Below are positions 8,508 to 17,203 of a DNA stretch of 32,000 nucleotides, one piece after another. The translations under genes were made by a program, and so were the position numbers. The DNA comes from Nakamurella flavida (GTDB lineage: Bacteria; Actinomycetota; Actinomycetes; Mycobacteriales; Nakamurellaceae), in contig NZ_JAUSQV010000001.1 of assembly GCF_030811475.1 (NCBI RefSeq), positions 3,920,880-3,952,879 of the forward strand. Reading direction: 5' to 3'. Within the stretch, counting starts at the first letter, position 1, and each line of letters starts with the position of its first letter. The notes beneath the pieces were generated by a model. That model did not search any database and was not told where the DNA came from. It worked only from the letters and a program-made list of their open reading frames with translations.

Positions 8508-10217
8508 GTGTCCACAGAAGCCCCGTCATCCGCTCCCGGAGCCCCCGCTCCGGCGCCCCGACGTACCCGGCCCGACGCCGGGCGCGGCCAGGGCCAATGG
8601 GCGCTGGGCCACCGCGAACCGCTCAACCCCAACGAGCGGACCAAGAAGGACGACGACGGCCTGCACTGCCGCCAGCGCATCGAGAACGTCTACCGCTACA
8701 CCGGCTACGACGGCATCGACCCCGGTGACCTGCGCGGCCGGTTCCGCTGGTGGGGGCTGTACACCCAGCGCGCCCCGGGCATCGACGGCGGCCGCACGGC
8801 CGTCCTCGAGCCCGAGGAGCTGGAGGACAAGTTCTTCATGCTGCGGGTCCGCATCGACGGCGGGCAGCTCACCACCACCCAGCTGCGCACCATCGGCGAC
8901 ATCTCGACCCGGTACGCCCGGGACACCGCCGATCTCACCGACCGGCAGAACGTGCAGTACCACTGGATCCGCATCGAGGACGTCCCGGACGTGTGGCAGC
9001 AGCTGGAGGCGGTGGGTCTGTCCACCGCCGAGGCCTGCGGCGACACCCCCCGTGTGGTGCTCGGCTCTCCGGTGGCCGGGATCGCCACCGACGAGATCAT
9101 CGACGGCACCCCGGCGATCACCGAGATCGTCCGTCGGTTCGTCGGGTCGGAGGAGTTCTCCAACCTGCCCCGCAAGTTCAAGACGGCCATCTCCGGCTCG
9201 CCCCGGCACGACGTCGCCCACGAGATCCACGACATCGCGTTCGTGGGTGTGGTGCACCCCGAGCACGGCCCGGGCTTCGACCTGTGGGTCGGCGGCGGGC
9301 TGTCCACCAACCCGATGCTGGGTCAGCGGCTCGGCGCATGGGTCCCGCTGGACGAGATCCCCGAGGTCTGGGCCGGCGTCATCTCGATCTTCCGCGACTA
9401 CGGGTACCGGCGGCTGCGCAACCGGGCCCGGTTGAAGTTCCTCGTCGCCGACTGGGGGGTCCGCAGGTTCCGGGACGTGCTGGAGCAGGAGTACCTGCAC
9501 CGCACCCTGGTCGACGGCCCCGCCCCGGCCGAGTACGCCGGACCGCGGGACCACGTGGGCATCCACCCGCAGAAGGACGGCCGCTTCTACGTCGGGGTCA
9601 ACCCCACCGTGGGCCGGGTGTCCGGCTCGTTGCTGACCCAGGTCGCGGATCTCGTCGAGGCGCACGGCAGCGACCGCGTCCGGATGACCACCGACCAGGG
9701 CCTGGTGATCCTGGACATCGAGCAGGCGCGGCTGGCCTCGCTCACGGCCGGTCTCGAGGCCCTCGGGCTGTCGGTCAACCCGTCGACGTTCCGGCGGAAC
9801 ATGCTGGCCTGCACCGGGTTGGAGTTCTGCAAGTTGGCCATCGTGGAGACGAAGGCGCGCGGCATCGCCCTGGTCGACGAGCTGGAGCGCCGGGTCGGCG
9901 ACCTGGACGTCCCGCTGACGATCAACATCAACGGGTGCCCGAACGCGTGTGCCCGCACGCAGATCGCCGACATCGGCCTCAAGGGCATGATCGTCACGGA
10001 CTCCGACGGCCGGCAGGTCGACGGCTTCCAGGTGCACCTGGGTGGCGGACTCGGCCTGGACGCCGGGTTCGGGCGGAAGCTGCGCGGCCACAAGGTGACC
10101 GGCGACGAGCTGCCGGACTTCGTCGAACGCGTCGTGCGGTCCTTCGACGCGCAGCGCGTGCCCGGCGAGCGGTTCGCGCAGTGGGTCGAACGGGCGGACG
10201 AGGCGGCCCTGCGATGA
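8508..10217 (+). CDS. sirA: Ferredoxin-dependent sulfite reductase (NirA/SirA family, siroheme + 4Fe-4S)
   Basis: 569 aa with nitrite/sulfite reductase repeats and the cluster-binding motifs CTGLEFCKLAIVETK and NINGCPNACAR. GTG start at 8508 with AAGGA 6 nt upstream. It heads the cys operon. Confidence 0.93.
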   Translation: MSTEAPSSAPGAPAPAPRRTRPDAGRGQGQWALGHREPLNPNERTKKDDDGLHCRQRIENVYRYTGYDGIDPGDLRGRFRWWGLYTQRAPGIDGGRTAVLEPEELEDKFFMLRVRIDGGQLTTTQLRTIGDISTRYARDTADLTDRQNVQYHWIRIEDVPDVWQQLEAVGLSTAEACGDTPRVVLGSPVAGIATDEIIDGTPAITEIVRRFVGSEEFSNLPRKFKTAISGSPRHDVAHEIHDIAFVGVVHPEHGPGFDLWVGGGLSTNPMLGQRLGAWVPLDEIPEVWAGVISIFRDYGYRRLRNRARLKFLVADWGVRRFRDVLEQEYLHRTLVDGPAPAEYAGPRDHVGIHPQKDGRFYVGVNPTVGRVSGSLLTQVADLVEAHGSDRVRMTTDQGLVILDIEQARLASLTAGLEALGLSVNPSTFRRNMLACTGLEFCKLAIVETKARGIALVDELERRVGDLDVPLTININGCPNACARTQIADIGLKGMIVTDSDGRQVDGFQVHLGGGLGLDAGFGRKLRGHKVTGDELPDFVERVVRSFDAQRVPGERFAQWVERADEAALR

Positions 10218-10396
10218 GCGAGACGCGGTCGCCCGCCCAGTACTGCCCGTACTGCGGGGAGACCGACCTCTGGCCGCACGAGGACTCGCACGGCGCCTGG
10301 TCGTGCCGCACCTGCGGACGGGTGTTCGCGGTGCGCTTCATCGGGTTGGCCTCGCGGGCGCAGTCCGGTGACCCGGCTCCGGAGGTGACCCCGTGA
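10214..10396 (+). CDS. 60-aa zinc-ribbon microprotein (CysX-like position)
   Basis: Its ATG at 10214 overlaps the sirA stop (ATGA) and its stop overlaps the cysH GTG (GTGA). MSETRSPAQYCPYCGETDLWPHEDSHGAWSCRTCGRVF carries CxxC-x17-CxxC. The track only shows it as the tail of a long spurious ORF (8750..10396). Confidence 0.7.
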   Translation: MSETRSPAQYCPYCGETDLWPHEDSHGAWSCRTCGRVFAVRFIGLASRAQSGDPAPEVTP

Positions 10397-11097
10397 CGTC
10401 GATGCTGCGCAGCCCGGCCGATCTGGCCCGGCTGGCCGAGGTCGGCGCCCACGAGCTCGAGGGCGCGAGCGCCCACGACGTGATGTCCTGGGCCGGCGAG
10501 CATTTCGGTGACCGGCTGGCGGTGACGGCCTCCATGCAGGACACCGCACTGGCCCACCTGGCCTCGAAGGCCGTCCCCGGGATCGACGTGCTGTTCCTGG
10601 ACACCGGGTACCACTTCCTGGAGACGCTGGGCACTGCGGACGCGGTCGAGGCGGTCTACGACGTCACCCTGAGGCGGCTGACCGCCGAGCACACGGTGGC
10701 CCAGCAGGACGCCCTGCTCGGCAAGGACCTGTTCGCCACCGATCCCGACACCTGTTGCGCGCTGCGGAAGGTCGCCCCGCTCAACGCGGCGCTGGCCGGG
10801 TACGACGCCTGGGCGACCGGGGTGCGGCGGGTGGAGTCGCCGACCCGGGCGAACACCCCGGTCGTCGCCTTCGACGTGCGCCGGCAGAAGATCAAGTTGG
10901 CGCCGCTCGCCGCATGGACCGACGAGGACGTGGACGCCTACATCGCCGCGAACGGCGTCCTGGTCAATCCACTGCTCTCCCCGGAGTACCCGTCGATCGG
11001 GTGTGCACCGTGCACCCGTGCGGTGCTCCCCGGACAGAACGCCCGGGCCGGCCGCTGGGCCGGCATGGCCAAGACCGAATGCGGGATCAACACATGA
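10393..11097 (+). CDS. cysH: Assimilatory adenylyl-sulfate (APS/PAPS) reductase, thioredoxin-dependent, Fe-S type
   Basis: 234 aa with a PAPS-reductase fold. The Cys pair DTCCALRKV plus GCAPCT is the 4Fe-4S ligand set of APS-type enzymes, and the C-terminal KTECGIN is an ECGLH-like catalytic Cys motif. Confidence 0.92.
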   Translation: MTSMLRSPADLARLAEVGAHELEGASAHDVMSWAGEHFGDRLAVTASMQDTALAHLASKAVPGIDVLFLDTGYHFLETLGTADAVEAVYDVTLRRLTAEHTVAQQDALLGKDLFATDPDTCCALRKVAPLNAALAGYDAWATGVRRVESPTRANTPVVAFDVRRQKIKLAPLAAWTDEDVDAYIAANGVLVNPLLSPEYPSIGCAPCTRAVLPGQNARAGRWAGMAKTECGINT

Positions 11098-11675
11098 GCA
11101 CATCCGTGCAGGCGCTCGGAGCAGGATCGGGGACCCCGGTGCGCGGCGGGGCCACGGTGTGGCTGACCGGGCTGCCCAGCGCCGGGAAGACCACCGCGGC
11201 CTTCGCCGTGGCCGCGGCGCTGCGCGAGGCCGGGCACGAGGTGGAGGTCCTGGACGGCGACGAGGTGCGGACGCACCTGTCCGCCGGGCTGGGCTTCTCC
11301 CGGGCCGACCGCGACACCCACGTCACCCGGATCGCCTTCGTGGCCGAACTTCTCGCCCGGCACGGGGTGATCGTGCTCGTCCCGGTCATCGCGCCGTTCG
11401 CGGCCACCCGGGAGACGGTGCGCGCCCACCACGCCGACCGCGGCACGTCCTACGTGCAGGTGCACCTGTCCACCCCGGTGCAGGTGTGCGCCGAGCGGGA
11501 CGTCAAGGGCCTGTACGGCAAGGCGGCCCGGGGCGAGATCACCGGCATGACCGGGGTCGACGACCCCTACGAGATCCCCGAGCACCCGGATCTGCGGATC
11601 GACACCTCGACGGTCGACCTGACCGCGACGGTGCGCACGGTGCTCGACCTGCTGCGGGAAAGAGGACTGGCATGA
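11094..11675 (+). CDS. cysC: Adenylyl-sulfate kinase
   Basis: ATG 11094 overlaps the cysH stop (ATGA). P-loop WLTGLPSAGKTT, LDGDEVR, and the GLGFSRADRD motif typical of APS kinase. Confidence 0.92.
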   Translation: MSTSVQALGAGSGTPVRGGATVWLTGLPSAGKTTAAFAVAAALREAGHEVEVLDGDEVRTHLSAGLGFSRADRDTHVTRIAFVAELLARHGVIVLVPVIAPFAATRETVRAHHADRGTSYVQVHLSTPVQVCAERDVKGLYGKAARGEITGMTGVDDPYEIPEHPDLRIDTSTVDLTATVRTVLDLLRERGLA

Positions 11676-12622
11676 GCTTCTGGACGGGGCCGCGTGGGGG
11701 TTCGGCCGGCGGGACCGGACTGGCGACGCGCAAGAGCGAGAATCTGCGGGCCCTGGAGTCCGAGGCCATCCACATCCTCCGGGAGGTGGCCGGGCAGTTC
11801 GAACGGCCAGTGATCCTGTTCTCCGGCGGCAAGGACTCGATCCTGGTCCTGCACCTGGCGCTCAAGGCGTTCTACCCGGCCCCGCTGCCGTTCTCGTTGC
11901 TGCACGTGGACACCGGGCACAACTTCCCCGAGGTGCTCGAATACCGGGATCGCGTCGTCGCCCACTCCGGGCTGCGCATCACGGTGGCCAAGGTGCAGGA
12001 CTGGATCGACGACGGCCGGCTCACCGAGCGGCCCGACGGCACCCGCAACCCGCTGCAGACGGTGCCCCTGGTGGACACCATCGCCGAGCAGCGGCACGAC
12101 GCGGTCATCGGCGGTGCCCGCCGCGACGAGGAGCGGTCCCGCGCCAAGGAGCGGATCTTCTCCCTGCGCGACGGGTTCGGCGGCTGGGATCCGCGGCGGC
12201 AACGGCCCGAGCTGTGGAACCTGTACAACGGGCGGCACGCCCCGGGCGAGCACGTCCGGGTCTTCCCGCTGTCCAACTGGACCGAGCTGGACGTCTGGAA
12301 CTACATCGAGGCCGAGGGCATCGAGCTGCCTGCCATCTACTACGCGCACCGGCGCGAGGTGTTCGACCGCGGCGGCATGTGGCTCACGGCCGGGGAGTGG
12401 GGCGGCCCGAAGGCGGGCGAGACCCTGCAGACCCGCACCGTGCGCTACCGCACGGTCGGCGACATGTCCTGCACCGGTGCCGTCGACTCCGACGCCGCCG
12501 AGATCGCCGCGGTGATCGAGGAGATCATCGCCACCCGCATCACCGAGCGCGGGGCCACCCGGGCCGACGACAAGGTCAGCGAGTCCGCCATGGAGGACCG
12601 CAAGCGCGAGGGGTACTTCTGA
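11672..12622 (+). CDS. cysD: Sulfate adenylyltransferase subunit 2
   Basis: ATG 11672 overlaps the cysC stop (ATGA). LRALESEAIHILREVAGQFERPVILFSGGKDSILVLHLALKAF and the remainder show full-length CysD similarity. Confidence 0.95.
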   Translation: MSFWTGPRGGSAGGTGLATRKSENLRALESEAIHILREVAGQFERPVILFSGGKDSILVLHLALKAFYPAPLPFSLLHVDTGHNFPEVLEYRDRVVAHSGLRITVAKVQDWIDDGRLTERPDGTRNPLQTVPLVDTIAEQRHDAVIGGARRDEERSRAKERIFSLRDGFGGWDPRRQRPELWNLYNGRHAPGEHVRVFPLSNWTELDVWNYIEAEGIELPAIYYAHRREVFDRGGMWLTAGEWGGPKAGETLQTRTVRYRTVGDMSCTGAVDSDAAEIAAVIEEIIATRITERGATRADDKVSESAMEDRKREGYF

Positions 12623-14037
12623 TGAGCAGCTCCACCTCCACCCGGACCGAGCATCAGGCGGCCGTCTCGCCCACCGAGGCGCACGATCTGGCCCACGCGT
12701 TCCACGAGCGGGCGCCGGAGCGCAAGCTGCTGCGGTTCGCCACCGCGGGTTCCGTCGACGACGGCAAGTCCACCCTGGTCGGTCGCCTGCTGCACGACTC
12801 CAAGTCGGTGCTGTCGGACCAGCTGGATGCCGTGGAGCGGACCTCCACCGCCCGCGGGCTGGACACTCCGGACCTGTCGCTGCTGGTCGACGGCCTGCGC
12901 GCCGAGCGCGAGCAGGGCATCACCATCGACGTGGCCTACCGGTACTTCGCGACCCAGCTGCGCACGTTCATCCTGGCCGACACCCCCGGGCACGTGCAGT
13001 ACACCCGGAACACCATCACCGGCGCCTCCACGGCCGATCTGGTGGTCATCCTGGTCGACGCCCGCACCGGGGTGGTCGACCAGACCCGGCGCCATGCCGC
13101 GGTGGCCGCGCTGCTGGGCGTCCCGCACCTGCTGCTGGCCATCAACAAGATCGACCTGGTCGACTTCGACGAGGCCGTCTTCGACCGGATCGCGGCCGAG
13201 TTCGACGAGTACAGCCGGGAGCTCGGCATCGGCGAGGTCACCGCCATCCCGATCTCGGCGCTGCACGGCGACAACGTGGTCACCCGCTCGGAGCGCATCG
13301 ACTGGTACTCCGGGCCGAGCATCCTCGAACACCTGGAGACCGTCGAGCTGACCGACGACGCCGCGGAGGGGCCGGTGCGCTTCCCGGTGCAGCTGGTCAT
13401 CCGCCCGCGCTCCGACGCGTTCCCGGACTACCGCGGGTACGCCGGTCGGGTCGCGGCCGGGACGGTGCGGGTGGGGGAGACCGTGACGGTGCTGCCGTCC
13501 GGGCGGACCAGCTCGATCTCCGGGATCGACACCCCGGACGGCCCGGTGGACGAGGCCAGGGCGGGGGAGTCGGTCACCTTGCTGCTGGCCGATGACGTCG
13601 ATCTGTCGCGCGGCGATCTCATCGTGGGCGGGCAGGGCGACCTGCCCGAGCCGGTCACCGAGTTCACCGCCACGGTGGCCCAGCTCGCCGACCGCCCGCT
13701 GCGGTCCGGCCAGCGCGCCCTGCTGCGGTACGGCACCCGGGAGGTCCGGGTCATCGTCGCCTCGTTGGACCACCTGATCGACATCGACACCCTCGCGTCG
13801 CTGCCGGCGCCGTCGACGTTGTCGCTCAACGATCTGGCCCAGGTCACCCTGCGCACCGTCGACGCGGTGCCGGTGGAGCCCTTCCGCCCCCGCGGCGCCG
13901 TCGGTGCCCTGCTCCTGGTCGACCCGGCCGACGGCACGTCGCTGGCCGCCGGCATGGTCGGCAACCGGCGGGAGTCGTTGCACGCCAGCGAGGTTCGCCG
14001 GCCGGCCGCACTGCAGAAAGACGGCCGGCCCGCCTGA
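12622..14037 (+). CDS. cysN: Sulfate adenylyltransferase subunit 1 (GTPase), not fused to an APS kinase domain
   Basis: ATG 12622 shares one base with the cysD TGA (TGATG). G-domain motifs GSVDDGKSTL, DTPGH and NKID are present. The 471-aa protein ends without a CysC domain. Confidence 0.95.
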   Translation: MSSSTSTRTEHQAAVSPTEAHDLAHAFHERAPERKLLRFATAGSVDDGKSTLVGRLLHDSKSVLSDQLDAVERTSTARGLDTPDLSLLVDGLRAEREQGITIDVAYRYFATQLRTFILADTPGHVQYTRNTITGASTADLVVILVDARTGVVDQTRRHAAVAALLGVPHLLLAINKIDLVDFDEAVFDRIAAEFDEYSRELGIGEVTAIPISALHGDNVVTRSERIDWYSGPSILEHLETVELTDDAAEGPVRFPVQLVIRPRSDAFPDYRGYAGRVAAGTVRVGETVTVLPSGRTSSISGIDTPDGPVDEARAGESVTLLLADDVDLSRGDLIVGGQGDLPEPVTEFTATVAQLADRPLRSGQRALLRYGTREVRVIVASLDHLIDIDTLASLPAPSTLSLNDLAQVTLRTVDAVPVEPFRPRGAVGALLLVDPADGTSLAAGMVGNRRESLHASEVRRPAALQKDGRPA

Positions 14038-14048
14038 GGAAGTCTCGG

Positions 14049-14083
14049 GGGATGACCGTCCCATCAGCTGGGACGGTCATCCC
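14049..14083 (+). terminator. Stem-loop after cysN (candidate intrinsic terminator)
   Basis: GGGATGACCGTCCCA (14049-14063), loop TCAGC, then TGGGACGGTCATCCC (14069-14083). This is a perfect 15-bp stem, followed by GTTCTGCTTCC, 12 nt after the cysN stop. Confidence 0.6.
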
Positions 14084-14127
14084 GTTCTGCTTCCCTCAAC
14101 ACCCCCTGAACTGGTAGACATACTCCC

Positions 14128-14208
14128 ATGCCGACGCGTCTGTGCCTTGTTGCACGTCTGACCGTCGATCTCATGCGCCGCAGCTGCGCAGCCTGTTCCG
14201 CCAGCTGA
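14128..14208 (+). promoter_or_regulatory. Second candidate Cys-codon leader mini-ORF (26 aa) upstream of the ABC importer unit
   Basis: ATG 14128 to TGA 14206-14208 encodes MPTRLCLVARLTVDLMRRSCAACSAS (three Cys codons). GGTAG lies exactly 15 nt upstream of the ATG, as at the first leader. The peptide shares VDL[VM]R...AAC[CS].AS-stop with the 8321 mini-ORF. It is too short to appear in the ORF track. Confidence 0.5.
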
Positions 14209-14305
14209 CCTCGGACGCAGGCCCACGCCGCGTTCCCGGTCTCCAGCGCCCTTCTCCGCGCGCCCGGCGCCGCGCCCCCTGTTCATCAGATCGTGGAGTC
14301 CTCCC

Positions 14306-15427
14306 GTGCCTGCCCTCTCCTCCCGCACCGTCCGCCGTCGCGGCGCGGCCGCCGTCGTCCTCGCCGGTCTGCTCGCCCTGACCGCCGCCTGCGGTGGCGG
14401 CGGTACGGACAGCGGGTCTGCCGGTGCCGGCACCGACTCCGTCACCCGGGGCGACACCGCCGAGGGTGGCGGGACGCTGCGTCTCGGGTACTTCCCGAAC
14501 GTCACCCACGCCGCCGCCGTGCTCGGGGTGGCCAACGGAACGTTCCAGAAGGCGCTCGGCGACACCGCGCTGGAGACCACCACCTTCAACGCCGGCCCGG
14601 CGGCCACCGAGGCGTTGCTGTCCGGCGCCATCGACGCCACCTTCATCGGCCCGAACCCGGCGATCAACGCCTTCGCCAAGTCCGACGGGGACGCGATCCG
14701 CATCGTGGCCGGGGCCACCGACAACGGGGCCGCGCTCGTGGTCGCGCCGGACATCAACTCCGCAGCCGACCTCGCCGGCAAGACGTTGGCCACCCCTCAG
14801 CTAGGCGGCACCCAGGACGTGGCGCTGCGGAAGTGGCTGCTGGACAACGGGTTGAAGGTGCAGACCACCGGCGGGTCCGATGTCGACATCGTCAACCAGG
14901 AGAACGCGCAGACCCTGGACCTGTTCAAGAGCGGCGAGGTCGCCGGTGGGTGGCTGCCCGAGCCGTGGGCGTCCCGCCTGGTGCTCGAGGCCGGCGGCAA
15001 GGTGCTGGTGGACGAGAAGACCCTGTGGCCGGACGAGAAGTTCCTGACCACCCACCTGATCGTCTCGCGCACCTATCTCGAGGCGCACCCGGACGTCATC
15101 GAGAAGCTGATCACCGGCGAGGTCGCCGAGATCGAGGCCATCCAGGCCGACCCGACCGGCTCGCGCACCGCGCTGAACGCCGCGATCGGTGAGCTGACCG
15201 GCAAGCCGCTGCAGGACGCCACGATCGAGAGCGCCTTCGCGAACATCACCCCCACCTGGGATCCGCTGGCCTCGTCGCTGACCAAGATCGCCGCCGACGG
15301 CTTGGCCGCGGGCACCCTCACCGAGGAGCCCGATCTGAACGGCATCTACGACCTGCGCATCCTCAACAAGGTGCTCACCGCCCAGGGCAAGCCGGCCGTC
15401 TCGGCCGCCGGTCTGGGTCAGGAATAA
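14306..15427 (+). CDS. ABC transporter substrate-binding lipoprotein, NitT/TauT (aliphatic sulfonate/nitrate/taurine) family
   Basis: GTG 14306 with GGAG 9 nt upstream. The signal peptide has the lipobox LALTAAC. The mature part (LRLGYFPNVTHAAAVLG...FIGPNPAINAF) is NMT1/SsuA-like. Confidence 0.85.
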   Translation: MPALSSRTVRRRGAAAVVLAGLLALTAACGGGGTDSGSAGAGTDSVTRGDTAEGGGTLRLGYFPNVTHAAAVLGVANGTFQKALGDTALETTTFNAGPAATEALLSGAIDATFIGPNPAINAFAKSDGDAIRIVAGATDNGAALVVAPDINSAADLAGKTLATPQLGGTQDVALRKWLLDNGLKVQTTGGSDVDIVNQENAQTLDLFKSGEVAGGWLPEPWASRLVLEAGGKVLVDEKTLWPDEKFLTTHLIVSRTYLEAHPDVIEKLITGEVAEIEAIQADPTGSRTALNAAIGELTGKPLQDATIESAFANITPTWDPLASSLTKIAADGLAAGTLTEEPDLNGIYDLRILNKVLTAQGKPAVSAAGLGQE

Positions 15428-15450
15428 GCGGACAGGAACGAGGAGCCCAC

Positions 15451-16305
15451 ATGGTCACCCTGAGCCCCACCAAGCGGGAGCGCGTCTACATCGACGACGA
15501 TCCCCGCGTCGTCCCGCTGTTGCCGCCGACCCTGCAGACGGTGGAGGCCGCGGTGCGGCTCGACGGCGTGGGCAAGGTCTTCAGCGGCCGGGGCGGCCGC
15601 AAAGGTGGTGGCAGGGCCGTTCCGGCCCTGGACACCGTCAGCCTGTCGGTGGCGCCGGGTGAGTTCGTCTGCCTGCTGGGTGCCTCCGGCTGCGGCAAGT
15701 CCACGCTGCTCAACCTGATCAGCGGCCTGGACCAGCCGACCTCCGGCACCCTCACGGTGGCCGGCCGGCCCGCACTGATGTTCCAGGAGGCGGCGCTGTT
15801 CCCGTGGTTGACCGCGGGGCAGAACGTGTCACTGGCCCTGAAGTACGCCGGGGTGGCCAAGGCCGATCGCCGGGCCCGGGTCGAGCAGTTGCTCGAGCTG
15901 GTGCGCCTGGGCGGCACCGCCGACCGGCGGGTGCACGAGCTGTCGGGAGGGCAGCGGCAGCGGGTCTCGCTGGCTCGCGCGCTGGCCCAGGACGGCACGG
16001 TCCTGCTGATGGACGAGCCGTTCGCCGCGCTGGACGCGATCACCCGCGACGTCATGCACGACGAACTCACCCGGGTGTGGAAGGAGACGGGCAACAGCGT
16101 CGTCTTCGTGACGCACAACGTCCGCGAGGCCGTCCGGCTGGGCCAGCGGGTGGTCCTGCTGTCCTCCCGCCCCGGTCGCGTCGTCGGCGAGTGGCAGGTC
16201 GCCATCCCGGGCCCGCGCACCATCGAGCATCCCGAGGTCTCGGCGCTGGCCGCCGAGATCACCGTGCGTCTGCGTGAGGAGATCGCCAGCCATGCCGGCG
16301 CTTGA
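15451..16305 (+). CDS. ABC transporter ATP-binding protein (NitT/TauT family)
   Basis: Walker A GASGCGKST, signature LSGGQRQRVSLARAL, Walker B LLMDEPF. GAGGAG lies 6 nt upstream of ATG 15451. Confidence 0.92.
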   Translation: MVTLSPTKRERVYIDDDPRVVPLLPPTLQTVEAAVRLDGVGKVFSGRGGRKGGGRAVPALDTVSLSVAPGEFVCLLGASGCGKSTLLNLISGLDQPTSGTLTVAGRPALMFQEAALFPWLTAGQNVSLALKYAGVAKADRRARVEQLLELVRLGGTADRRVHELSGGQRQRVSLARALAQDGTVLLMDEPFAALDAITRDVMHDELTRVWKETGNSVVFVTHNVREAVRLGQRVVLLSSRPGRVVGEWQVAIPGPRTIEHPEVSALAAEITVRLREEIASHAGA

Positions 16306-17197
16306 CGATTCGGTGGTCTCCCGCGAGGAGGTCGAACGCGAGGACACCGCCCGCGTCGAGGCCGGTCTGGATCGACTGGATGCGGTCGACCTGCACCGCA
16401 CGCCCTGGTGGCGGCGGCTCGGCTCGTCGATCGTGCCGCCGTTCCTGGCGTTGGTCGTCGTGCTGGTGATCTGGGAGATCCTCTTCCTGCTCAAGGTCAA
16501 GCCGGAGGTGATGCTCCCGTCGCCCGCCTCGGTCGGCAAGGAGTTCCTGCGGTTGCTGGAGGGCGGCCAGGCCGTCGACGCGGTGTGGACGAGCCTGTCC
16601 CGCGGGCTCATCGGCTTCGCCATGTCCATCGTGCTGGGCTCGCTGATCGGCATCGCGGTGGCCCGGCTGGGCTGGCTGCGCGCCTCGATCGGGCCGCTGC
16701 TGTCCGGGCTGCAGTCGCTGCCGTCGGTGGCCTGGGTGCCGCTGGCCATCCTGTGGTTCCAGATCAGCCCGTCGATGATCTACATGGTGGTGCTGCTGGG
16801 CGCCGTGCCGTCGATCGCCAACGGGCTCGTCTCGGGGATCGACCAGGTGCCGCCGTTGTACAACCGGGTCGGCAAGGTCCTCGGCCTGTCCTGGTGGGGG
16901 CAGACCCGGCACGTGCTGCTGCCCGCGGCGCTGCCCGGATACGTCGCCGGTCTACGGCAGGGCTGGGCGTTCTCCTGGCGTTCGCTGATGGCCGCCGAGC
17001 TGATCGCCACGTCGAGCAAGCTCGGGTTCGGTCTCGGCCAGCTGATGAACCAGGGCCGTGACCTGTCCGACGCCCCGCTGCTCTACACCGGCCTGATCCT
17101 CATCTTCATCGTCGGTGTCGGCGTGGAGATGCTCTTCTTCCGGCCGATCGAGCGGGCCATCCTGACCGCCCGCGGGTTGTCCACCACCGGACGCTGA
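16292..17197 (+). CDS. ABC transporter permease (NitT/TauT family)
   Basis: Multiple TM helices and a BPD-transporter EAA-like region (AAELIATSSKLGFGLGQLM). ATG 16292 overlaps the ATPase 3' end by 14 nt; GTG 16274 is an alternative start. Confidence 0.88.
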   Translation: MPALDDSVVSREEVEREDTARVEAGLDRLDAVDLHRTPWWRRLGSSIVPPFLALVVVLVIWEILFLLKVKPEVMLPSPASVGKEFLRLLEGGQAVDAVWTSLSRGLIGFAMSIVLGSLIGIAVARLGWLRASIGPLLSGLQSLPSVAWVPLAILWFQISPSMIYMVVLLGAVPSIANGLVSGIDQVPPLYNRVGKVLGLSWWGQTRHVLLPAALPGYVAGLRQGWAFSWRSLMAAELIATSSKLGFGLGQLMNQGRDLSDAPLLYTGLILIFIVGVGVEMLFFRPIERAILTARGLSTTGR

Positions 17198-17203
17198 TCG
17201 CGA

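Noticed and set aside
8228-8680. Minus-strand 150-aa ORF and plus-strand 362-aa ORF (8347..9435) in or over the rmuC-sirA intergenic region
   Set aside because: They have no motifs, Arg/Pro/Gly-rich composition and overlap with sirA. The region is better explained by the leader mini-ORF and promoter.
8526-14064. Minus-strand ORFs of 521, 369 and 539 aa, and shifted-frame plus ORFs, across sirA to cysN
   Set aside because: They are antisense or shifted copies of confidently identified cys genes. No recognisable domains are present and third-position G/C enrichment supports the called frames.
14142-14381. GTG-initiated 79-aa ORF beginning VPCCTS (tandem Cys codons) as an alternative Cys leader
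   Set aside because: It runs out of frame into the substrate-binding protein gene. The overlapping 26-aa ATG frame (14128-14208) is the one that is paralogous to the sirA leader. Ribo-seq would be needed to exclude use of both frames.
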